NCBI GenBank assembly: GCA_964016885.1
Contig: OZ024740.1
Coordinates: 279,992,001-280,056,000 of the forward strand
Reading direction: 5' to 3'
DNA: 64,000 nt
Source of the DNA: Eledone cirrhosa
Taxonomy: Eukaryota
The position numbers and the translations under genes were made by a program. The notes under the pieces were generated by a model. It was not told the DNA's origin. It saw only the letters and a program-made list of their open reading frames with translations, and searched no databases. This document shows positions 49,901 to 61,900 of the stretch, one piece after another (positions within the stretch are counted from its first letter, which is position 1; each line of letters opens with the position of its first letter).

Positions 49901-52900
49901 GTTACCTTTTCAATCGCGGGCCGGCGGCCCGTGGTCGAATCGATCTGTAATTACTGGTACATGTGCAGACACTCATTGGCTATGTGTGGCGTGAATTTCA
50001 AGAAAAGCTGCCCATGCTAAATGCGGAAGCTGAAGTCCACCAGCGAATGCTGTGCTTCGAAGAAACGAATCACAAAAATGCGAATTTGCCGGCGGAGTTA
50101 CCTTTTCGATCGTGGGCCGGCCGCCCGTGGTCGGATCGATCTGTAATTACTGGTATATGTGCAGACACTCATTGGCTATGTGCGGCGTGAATTTCAGCAA
50201 GATATCTCCGTAAAATCAATAGTTGTGGCTGTGGAACCAAACCGTGTTAAACGTCAACAAAGTCCGCCGGCGAATGGTGTGCTTCGAAGAAAACGAATCC
50301 AAAAATGACGATTTGCCGGCGGAGTTACCTTTAAAATCGCGGGCCGGCCGCCCGTGGTCGGATCGATCTGTAATTACTGGTACATGTGCAGACACTCATT
50401 GGCTATGTGCGGCGTGAATTCCAGCAAGATATCTCCGTAACATCAATAGTTGTGGCTGTGGAACCAAACAGTGTTAAACGTCAACAAAGTCCGCCGGCGA
50501 ATGGTGTGCTTCGAAGAAAACGAATCCAAAAATGACGATTTGCCGGCGGAGTTACCTTTTCAATCGCGGGCCGGCCGCCCGTGGTCGGATCGATCTGTAA
50601 TTACTGGTACATGTGCAGACATTCATTGGCTATGTGCGGCGTGAATTCCAGCAAGATATCTCCGTAACATCAATAGTTGTGGCTGTGGAACCAAACCGTG
50701 TTAAACGTCAACAAAGTCCGCCGGCGAATGGTGTGCTTCGAAGAAAACGAATCCAAAAATGACGATTTGCCGGCGGAGTTACCTTTTCAATCGCGGGCCG
50801 GCGGCCCGTGGTCGGATCGATCTGTAATTACTGGTACATGTGCAGACACTCATTGGCTATGTGTGGCGTGAATTTCAGCAAGATATCTCCGTAAAATCAA
50901 TAGTTGTGGCTGTGGAACCAAACCGTGTTAAACGTCAACAAAGTCCGCCGGCGAATGGTGTGCTTCGAAGAAAACGAATCCAAAAATGACGATTTGCCGG
51001 CGGAGTTACCTTTTCGATCGTGGGCCGGCCGCCCGTGGTCGGATCGATCTGTAATTACTGGTATATGTGCAAACACACATTTGCTGTGTGTGGTTTGATT
51101 TTCAAGAAAAGCTGCCCATGCTAAATGCGGAAGCTGAAGTCCACCAGCGAATGCTGTGCTTCGAAGAAACGAATCACAAAAATGCGAATTTGCCGGCGGA
51201 GTTACCTTTTCGATCGTGGGCCGGCCGCCCGTGGTCGGATCGATCTGTAATTACTGGTATATGTGCAGACACTCATTGGTCGTGTGTGGTGTGATTTTCA
51301 AGAAAAGCTTCCCATGCTAAATGCGGAAGCTGCAGTCCACCATCGAATGGTGTGCTTCGAAGAAACGAATCACAAAAATGCGAATTTGCCGGCGGAGTTA
51401 CCTTTTCGATCGTGGGCCGGCCGCCTGTGGTCGGATCGATCTGTAATTACTGGTCCATGTGCAGACACACATTTGCTGTGTGTGGTGTGATTTTCAAGAA
51501 AAGCTGCCCATGCTAAATGCGGAAGCTGAAGTCAGCCGGCGAATGGTGTGCTTCGAAGAAAACGAATCCAAAAATGACGATTTGCCGGCGGAGTTACCTT
51601 TTCAATCGCGGGCCGGCCGCCCGTGGTCGGATCGATCTGTAATTACTGGTACATGTGCAGACACTCATTGGCTATGTGCGGCGTGAATTTCAGCAAGATA
51701 TCTCCGTAAAATCAATAGTTGTGGCTGTGGAACCAAACCGTGTTAAACGTCAACAAAGTCCGCCGGCGAATGGTGTGCTTCGAAGAAAACGAATCCAAAA
51801 ATGACGATTTGCCGGCGGAGTTACCTTTAAAATCGCGGGCCGGCCGCCCGTGGTCGGATCGATCTGTAATTACTGGTATATGTGCAAACACACATTTGCT
51901 GTGTGTGGTGTGATTTTCAAGAAAAGCTGCCCATGCTAAATGCGGAAGCTGAAGTCCACCAGCGAATGCTGTGCTTCGAAGAAACGAATCACAAAAATGC
52001 GAATTTGCCGGCGGAGTTACCTTTTCGATCGTGGGCCGGCCGCCCGTGGTCGGATCGATCTGTAATTACTGGTATATGTGCAGACACTCATTGGTCGTGT
52101 GTGGTGTGATTTTCAAGAAAAGCTGCCCATGCTAAATGCGGAAGCTGCAGTCCACCATCGAATGGTGTGCTTCGAAGAAACGAATCACAAAAATGCGAAT
52201 TTGCCGGCGGAGTTACCTTTTCGATCGTGGGCCGGCCGCCTGTGGTCGGATCGATCTGTAATTACTGGTCCATGTGCAGACACACATTTGCTGTGTGTGG
52301 TGTGATTTTCAAGAAAAGCTGCCCATGCTAAATGCGGAAGCTGAAGTCCGCCGGCGAATGGTGTGCTTCGAAGAAAACGAATCCAAAAATGACGATTTGC
52401 CGGCGGAGTTACCTTTTCAATCGCGGGCCGGCCGCCCGTGGTCGGATCGATCTGTAATTACTGGTACATGTGCAGACACTCATTGGCTATGTGTGGCGTG
52501 AATTTCAAGCAAGATATCTCCGTAAATTCAATAGTTGTGGTTGTGGAACCAAACCGTGTTAAACGTCAACAAAGTCCGCCGGCGAATGGTGTGCTTCGAA
52601 GAAAACGAATCCAAAAATGACGATTTGCCGGCGGAGTTACCTTTTCAATCGCGGGCCGGCCGCCCGTGGTCGGATCGATCTGTAATTACTGGTACATGTG
52701 CAGACACTCATTGGCTATGTGCGGCGTGAATTTCAGCAAGATATCTCCGTAAAATCAATAGTTGTGGCTGTGGAACCAAACCGTGTTAAACGTCAACAAA
52801 GTCCGCCGGCGAATGGTGTGCTTCGAAGAAAACGAATCCAAAAATGACGATTTGCCGGCGGAGTTACCTTTAAAATCGCGGGCCGGCCGCCCGTGGTCGG

Positions 52901-55900
52901 ATCGATCTGTAATTACTGGTACATGTGCAGACACTCATTGGCTATGTGCGGCGTGAATTCCAGCAAGATATCTCCGTAACATCAATAGTTGTGGCTGTGG
53001 AACCAAACCGTGTTAAACGTCAACAAAGTCCGCCGGCGAATGGTGTGCTTCGAAGAAAACGAATCCAAAAATGACGATTTGCCGGCGGAGTTACCTTTTC
53101 AATCGCGGGCCGGCCGCCCGTGGTCGGATCGATCTGTAATTACTGGTACATGTGCAGACATTCATTGGCTATGTGCGGCGTGAATTCCAGCAAGATATCT
53201 CCGTAACATCAATAGTTGTGGCTGTGGAACCAAACCGTGTTAAACGTCAACAAAGTCCGCCGGCGAATGGTGTGCTTCGAAGAAAACGAATCCAAAAATG
53301 ACGATTTGCCGGCGGAGTTACCTTTTCAATCGCGGGCCGGCGGCCCGTGGTCGAATCGATCTGTAATTACTGGTACATGTGCAGACACTCATTGGCTATG
53401 TGTGGCGTGAATTTCAGCAAGATATCTCCGTAAAATCAATAGTTGTGGCTGTGGAACCAAACCGTGTTAAACGTCAACAAAGTCCGCCGGCGAATGGTGT
53501 GCTTCGAAGAAAACGAATCCAAAAATGACGATTTGCCGGCGGAGTTACCTTTTCAATCGCGGGCCGGCCGCCCGTGGTCGGATCGATCTGTAATTACTGG
53601 TACATGTGCAGACACTCATTGGCTATGTGCGGCGTGAATTCCAGCAAGATATCTCCGTAACATCAATAGTTGTGGCTGTGGAACCAAACCGTGTTAAACG
53701 TCAACAAAGTCCGCCGGCGAATGGTGTGCTTCGAAGAAAACGAATCCAAAAATGACGATTTGCCGGCGGAGTTACCTTTTCAATCGCGGGCCGGCCGCCC
53801 GTGGTCGGATCGATCTGTAATTACTGGTACATGTGCAGACACTCATTGGCTATGTGTGCCGTGAATTTCAGCAAGATATCTCCGTAAAATCAATAGTTGT
53901 GGCTGTGGAACCAAACCGTGTTAAACGTCAACAAAGTCCGCCGGCGAATGGTGTGCTTCGAAGAAAACGAATCCAAAAATGACGATTTGCCGGCGGAGTT
54001 ACCTTTTCGATCGTGGGCCGGACGCCCGTGGTCGGATCGATCTGTAATTACTGGTATATGTGCAGACACACATTTGCTGTGTGTGGTGTGATTTTCAAGA
54101 AAAGCTGCCCATGCTAAATGCGGAAGCTGAAGTCCGCCGGCGAATGGTGTGCTTCGAAGAAAACGAATCCAAAAATGACGATTTGCCGGCGGAGTTACCT
54201 TTTCAATCGCGGGCCGGCCGCCCGTGGTCGGATCGATCTGTAATTACTGGTACATGTGCAGACACTCATTGGCTATGTGTGGCGTGAATTTCAGCAAGAT
54301 ATCTCCGTAAATTCAATAGTTGTGGCTGTGGAACCAAACCGTGTTAAACGTCAACAAAGTCCGCCGGCGAATGGTGTGCTTCGAAGAAAACGAATCCAAA
54401 AATGACGATTTGCCGGCGGAGTTACCTTTTCAATCGCGGGCCGGCCGCCCGTGGTCGGATCGATTTGTAATTACTGGTACATGTGCAGACACTCATTGGC
54501 TATGTGCGGCGTGAATTTCAGCAAGATATCTCCGTAAAATCAATAGTTGTGGCTGTGGAACCAAACCGTGTTAAACGTCAACAAAGTCCGCCGGCGAATG
54601 GTGTACTTCGAAGAAAACGAATCCAAAAATGACGATTTGCCGGCGGAGTTACCTTTTCAATCGCGGGCCGGCGGCCCGTGGTCGAATCGATCTGTAATTA
54701 CTGGTACATGTGCAGACACTCATTGGCTATGTGTGGCGTGAATTTCAAGAAAAGCTGCCCATGCTAAATGCGGAAGCTGAAGTCCACCAGCGAATGCTGT
54801 GCTTCGAAGAAACGAATCACAAAAATGCGAATTTGCCGGCGGAGTTACCTTTTCGATCGTGGGCCGGCCGCCCGTGGTCGGATCGATCTGTAATTACTGG
54901 TATATGTGCAGACACTCATTGGCTATGTGCGGCGTGAATTTCAGCAAGATATCTCCGTAAAATCAATAGTTGTGGCTGTGGAACCAAACCGTGTTAAACG
55001 TCAACAAAGTCCGCCGGCGAATGGTGTGCTTCGAAGAAAACGAATCCAAAAATGACGATTTGCCGGCGGAGTTACCTTTAAAATCGCGGGCCGGCCGCCC
55101 GTGGTCGGATCGATCTGTAATTACTGGTACATGTGCAGACACTCATTGGCTATGTGCGGCGTGAATTCCAGCAAGATATCTCCGTAACATCAATAGTTGT
55201 GGCTGTGGAACCAAACAGTGTTAAACGTCAACAAAGTCCGCCGGCGAATGGTGTGCTTCGAAGAAAACGAATCCAAAAATGACGATTTGCCGGCGGAGTT
55301 ACCTTTTCAATCGCGGGCCGGCCGCCCGTGGTCGGATCGATCTGTAATTACTGGTACATGTGCAGACATTCATTGGCTATGTGCGGCGTGAATTCCAGCA
55401 AGATATCTCCGTAACATCAATAGTTGTGGCTGTGGAACCAAACCGTGTTAAACGTCAACAAAGTCCGCCGGCGAATGGTGTGCTTCGAAGAAAACGAATC
55501 CAAAAATGACGATTTGCCGGCGGAGTTACCTTTTCAATCGCGGGCCGGCGGCCCGTGGTCGAATCGATCTGTAATTACTGGTACATGTGCAGACACTCAT
55601 TGGCTATGTGTGGCGTGAATTTCAGCAAGATATCTCCGTAAAATCAATAGTTGTGGCTGTGGAACCAAACCGTGTTAAACGTCAACAAAGTCCGCCGGCG
55701 AATGGTGTGCTTCGAAGAAAACGAATCCAAAAATGACGATTTGCCGGCGGAGTTACCTTTTCGATCGTGGGCCGGCCGCCCGTGGTCGGATCGATCTGTA
55801 ATTACTGGTATATGTGCAAACACACATTTGCTGTGTGTGGTTTGATTTTCAAGAAAAGCTGCCCATGCTAAATGCGGAAGCTGAAGTCCACCAGCGAATG

Positions 55901-58900
55901 CTGTGCTTCGAAGAAACGAATCACAAAAATGCGAATTTGCCGGCGGAGTTACCTTTTCGATCGTGGGCCGGCCGCCCGTGGTCGGATCGATCTGTAATTA
56001 CTGGTATATGTGCAGACACTCATTGGTCGTGTGTGGTGTGATTTTCAAGAAAAGCTTCCCATGCTAAATGCGGAAGCTGCAGTCCACCATCGAATGGTGT
56101 GCTTCGAAGAAACGAATCACAAAAATGCGAATTTGCCGGCGGAGTTACCTTTTCGATCGTGGGCCGGCCGCCTGTGGTCGGATCGATCTGTAATTACTGG
56201 TCCATGTGCAGACACACATTTGCTGTGTGTGGTGTGATTTTCAAGAAAAGCTGCCCATGCTAAATGCGGAAGCTGAAGTCAGCCGGCGAATGGTGTGCTT
56301 CGAAGAAAACGAATCCAAAAATGACGATTTGCCGGCGGAGTTACCTTTTCAATCGCGGGCCGGCCGCCCGTGGTCGGATCGATCTGTAATTACTGGTACA
56401 TGTGCAGACACTCATTGGCTATGTGCGGCGTGAATTTCAGCAAGATATCTCCGTAAAATCAATAGTTGTGGCTGTGGAACCAAACCGTGTTAAACGTCAA
56501 CAAAGTCCGCCGGCGAATGGTGTGCTTCGAAGAAAACGAATCCAAAAATGACGATTTGCCGGCGGAGTTACCTTTAAAATCGCGGGCCGGCCGCCCGTGG
56601 TCGGATCGATCTGTAATTACTGGTATATGTGCAAACACACATTTGCTGTGTGTGGTGTGATTTTCAAGAAAAGCTGCCCATGCTAAATGCGGAAGCTGAA
56701 GTCCACCAGCGAATGCTGTGCTTCGAAGAAACGAATCACAAAAATGCGAATTTGCCGGCGGAGTTACCTTTTCGATCGTGGGCCGGCCGCCCGTGGTCGG
56801 ATCGATCTGTAATTACTGGTATATGTGCAGACACTCATTGGTCGTGTGTGGTGTGATTTTCAAGAAAAGCTGCCCATGCTAAATGCGGAAGCTGCAGTCC
56901 ACCATCGAATGGTGTGCTTCGAAGAAACGAATCACAAAAATGCGAATTTGCCGGCGGAGTTACCTTTTCGATCGTGGGCCGGCCGCCTGTGGTCGGATCG
57001 ATCTGTAATTACTGGTCCATGTGCAGACACACATTTGCTGTGTGTGGTGTGATTTTCAAGAAAAGCTGCCCATGCTAAATGCGGAAGCTGAAGTCCGCCG
57101 GCGAATGGTGTGCTTCGAAGAAAACGAATCCAAAAATGACGATTTGCCGGCGGAGTTACCTTTTCAATCGCGGGCCGGCCGCCCGTGGTCGGATCGATCT
57201 GTAATTACTGGTACATGTGCAGACACTCATTGGCTATGTGTGGCGTGAATTTCAAGCAAGATATCTCCGTAAATTCAATAGTTGTGGTTGTGGAACCAAA
57301 CCGTGTTAAACGTCAACAAAGTCCGCCGGCGAATGGTGTGCTTCGAAGAAAACGAATCCAAAAATGACGATTTGCCGGCGGAGTTACCTTTTCAATCGCG
57401 GGCCGGCCGCCCGTGGTCGGATCGATCTGTAATTACTGGTACATGTGCAGACACTCATTGGCTATGTGCGGCGTGAATTTCAGCAAGATATCTCCGTAAA
57501 ATCAATAGTTGTGGCTGTGGAACCAAACCGTGTTAAACGTCAACAAAGTCCGCCGGCGAATGGTGTGCTTCGAAGAAAACGAATCCAAAAATGACGATTT
57601 GCCGGCGGAGTTACCTTTAAAATCGCGGGCCGGCCGCCCGTGGTCGGATCGATCTGTAATTACTGGTACATGTGCAGACACTCATTGGCTATGTGCGGCG
57701 TGAATTTCAGCAAGATACCTCCGTAAAATCAATAGTTGTGGCTGTGGAACCAAACCGTGTTAAACGTCAACAAAGTCCGCCGGCGAATGGTGTGCTTCGA
57801 AGAAAACGAATCCAAAAATGACAATTTGCCGGCGGAGTTACCTTTAAAATCGCGGGCCGGCCGCCCGTGGTCGGATCGATCTGTAATTACTGGTTCATGT
57901 GCAGACACTCATTGGCTATGTGCGGCGTGAATTCCAGCAAGATATCTCCGTAACATCAATAGTTGTGGCTGTGGAACCAAACCGTGTTAAACGTCAACAA
58001 AGTCCGCCGGCGAATGGTGTGCTTCGAAGAAAACGAATCCAAAAATGACGATTTGCCGGCGGAGTTACCTTTTCAATCGCGGGCCGGCCGCCCGTGGTCG
58101 GATCGATCTGTAATTACTGGTATATGTGCAGACACTCATTGGTCGTGTGTGGTGTGATTTTCAAGAAAAGCTGCCCATGCTAAATGCGGAAGCTGCAGTC
58201 CACCATCGAATGGTGTGCTTCGAAGAAACGAATCACAAAAATGCGAATTTGCCGGCGGAGTTACCTTTTCGATCGTGGGCCGGCCGCCTGTGGTCGGATC
58301 GATCTGTAATTACTGGTCCATGTGCAGACACACATTTGCTGTGTGTGGTGTGATTTTCAAGAAAAGCTGCCCATGCTAAATGCGGAAGCTGAAGTCCGCC
58401 GGCGAATGGTGTGCTTCGAAGAAAACGAATCCAAAAATGACGATTTGCCGGCGGAGTTACCTTTTCAATCGCGGGCCGGCCGCCCGTGGTCGGATCGATC
58501 TGTAATTACTGGTACATGTGCAGACACTCATTGGCTATGTGTGGCGTGAATTTCAGCAAGATATCTCCGTAAATTCAATAGTTGTGGCTGTGGAACCAAA
58601 CCGTGTTAAACGTCAACAAAGTCCGCCGGCGAATGGTGTGCTTCGAAGAAAACGAATCCAAAAATGACGATTTGCCGGCGGAGTTACCTTTTCGATCGTG
58701 GGCCGGACGCCCGTGGTCGGATCGATCTGTAATTACTGGTATATGTGCAGACACACATTTGCTGTGTGTGGTGTGATTTTCAAGAAAAGCTGCCCATGCT
58801 AAATGCGGAAGCTGAAGTCCGCCGGCGAATGGTGTGCTTCGAAGAAAACGAATCCAAAAATGACGATTTGCCGGCGGAGTTACCTTTTCAATCGCGGGCC

Positions 58901-61900
58901 GGCCGCCCGTGGTCGGATCGATCTGTAATTTCTGGTAAATGTGCAGACACTCATTGGCTATGTGTGGCGTGAATTTCAGCAAGATATCTCCGTAAATTCA
59001 ATAGTTGTGGCTGTGGAACCAAACCGTGTTAAACGTCAACAAAGTCCGCCGGCGAATGGTGTGCTTCGAAGAAAACGAATCCAAAAATGACGATTTGCCG
59101 GCGGAGTTACCTTTTCAATCGCGGGCCGGCCGCCCGTGGTCGGATCGATCTGTAATTACTGGTACATGTGCAGACACTCATTGGCTATGTGCGGCGTGAA
59201 TTTCAGCAAGATATCTCCGTAAAATCAATAGTTGTGGCTGTGGAACCAAACCGTGTTAAACGTCAACAAAGTCCGCCGGCGAATGGTGTGCTTCGAAGAA
59301 AACGAATCCAAAAATGACGATTTGCCGGCGGAGTTACCTTTAAAATCGCGGGCCGGCCGCCCGTGGTCGGATCGATCTGTAATTACTGGTACATGTGCAG
59401 ACACTCATTGGCTATGTGCGGCGTGAATTCCAGCAAGATATCTCCGTAACATCAATAGTTGTGGCTGTGGAACCAAACCGTGTTAAACGTCAACAAAGTC
59501 CGCCGGCGAATGGTGTGCTTCGAAGAAAACGAATCCAAAAATGACGATTTGCCGGCGGAGTTACCTTTTCAATCGCGGGCCGGCCGCCCGTGGTCGGATC
59601 GATCTGTAATTACTGGTACATGTGCAGACACTCATTGGCTATGTGTGCCGTGAATTTCAGCAAGATATCTCCGTAAAATCAATAGTTGTGGCTGTGGAAC
59701 CAAACCGTGTTAAACGTCAACAAAGTCCGCCGGCGAATGGTGTGCTTCGAAGAAAACGAATCCAAAAATGACGATTTGCCGGCGGAGTTACCTTTTCGAT
59801 CGTGGGCCGGACGCCCGTGGTCGGATCGATCTGTAATTACTGATATATGTGCAGACACACATTTGCTGTGTGTGGTGTGATTTTCAAGAAAAGCTGCCCA
59901 TGCTAAATGCGGAAGCTGAAGTCCGCCGGCGAATGGTGTGCTTCGAAGAAAACGAATCCAAAAATGACGATTTGCCGGCGGAGTTACCTTTAAAATCGCG
60001 GGCCGGCCGCCCGTGGTCGGATCGATCTGTAATTACTGGTACATGTGCAGACACTCATTGGCTATGTGCGGCGTGAATTCCAGCAAGATATCTCCGTAAC
60101 ATCAATAGTTGTGGCTGTGGAACCAAACAGTGTTAAACGTCAACAAAGTCCGCCGGCGAATGGTGTGCTTCGAAGAAAACGAATCCAAAAATGACGATTT
60201 GCCGGCGGAGTTACCTTTTCAATCGCGGGCCGGCCGCCCGTAGTCGGATCGATCTGTAATTACTGGTACATGTGCAGACATTCATTGGCTATGTGCGGCG
60301 TGAATTCTAGCAAGATATCTCCGTAACATCAATAGTTGTGGCTGTGGAACCAAACCGTGTTAAACGTCAACAAAGTCCGCCGGCGAATGGTGTGCTTCGA
60401 AGAAAACGAATCCAAAAATGACGATTTGCCGGCGGAGTTACCTTTTCAATCGCGGGCCGGCCGCCCGTGGTCGGATCGATCTGTAATTTCTGGTACATGT
60501 GCAGACACTCATTGGCTATGTGTGGCGTGAATTTCAGCAAGATATCTCCGTAAATTCAATAGTTGTGGCTGTGGAACCAAACCGTGTTAAACGTCAACAA
60601 AGTCCGCCGGCGAATGGTGTGCTTCGAAGAAAACGAATCCAAAAATGACGATTTGCCGGCGGAGTTACCTTTTCAATCGCGGGCCGGCCGCCCGTGGTCG
60701 GATCGATCTGTAATTACTGGTACATGTGCAGACACTCATTGGCTATGTGCGGCGTGAATTTCAGCAAGATATCTCCGTAAAATCAATAGTTGTGGCTGTG
60801 GAACCAGACCGTGTTAAACGTCAACAAAGTCCGCCGGCGAATGGTGTGCTTCGAAGAAAACGAATCCAAAAATGACGATTTGCCGGCGGAGTTACCTTTT
60901 CAATCGCGGGCCGGCGGCCCGTGGTCGAATCGATCTGTAATTACTGGTACATGTGCAGACACTCATTGGCTATGTGTGGCGTGAATTTCAGCAAGATATC
61001 TCCGTAAAATCAATAGTTGTGGCTGTGGAACCAAACCGTGTTAAACGTCAACAAAGTCCGCCGGCGAATGGTGTGCTTCGAAGAAAACGAATCCAAAAAT
61101 GACGATTTGCCGGCGGAGTTACCTTTTCGATCGTGGGCCGGCCGCCCGTGGTCGGATCGATCTGTAATTACTGGTATATGTGCAAACACACATTTGCTGT
61201 GTGTGGTTTGATTTTCAAGAAAAGCTGCCCATGCTAAATGCGGAAGCTGAAGTCCACCAGCGAATGCTGTGCTTCGAAGAAACGAATCACAAAAATGCGA
61301 ATTTGCCGGCGGAGTTACCTTTTCGATCGTGGGCCGGCCGCCCGTGGTCGGATCGATCTGTAATTACTGGTATATGTGCAGACACTCATTGGTCGTGTGT
61401 GGTGTGATTTTCAAGAAAAGCTTCCCATGCTAAATGCGGAAGCTGCAGTCCACCATCGAATGGTGTGCTTCGAAGAAACGAATCACAAAAATGCGAATTT
61501 GCCGGCGGAGTTACCTTTTCGATCGTGGGCCGGCCGCCTGTGGTCGGATCGATCTGTAATTACTGGTCCATGTGCAGACACACATTTGCTGTGTGTGGTG
61601 TGATTTTCAAGAAAAGCTGCCCATGCTAAATGCGGAAGCTGAAGTCAGCCGGCGAATGGTGTGCTTCGAAGAAAACGAATCCAAAAATGACGATTTGCCG
61701 GCGGAGTTACCTTTTCAATCGCGGGCCGGCCGCCCGTGGTCGGATCGATCTGTAATTACTGGTACATGTGCAGACACTCATTGGCTATGTGCGGCGTGAA
61801 TTTCAGCAAGATATCTCCGTAAAATCAATAGTTGTGGCTGTGGAACCAAACCGTGTTAAACGTCAACAAAGTCCGCCGGCGAATGGTGTGCTTCGAAGAA

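Noticed and set aside
58575-58982. 135-aa minus-strand ORF
   Set aside because: It exists only because a point mutation near 58931 removes a stop present in other copies.
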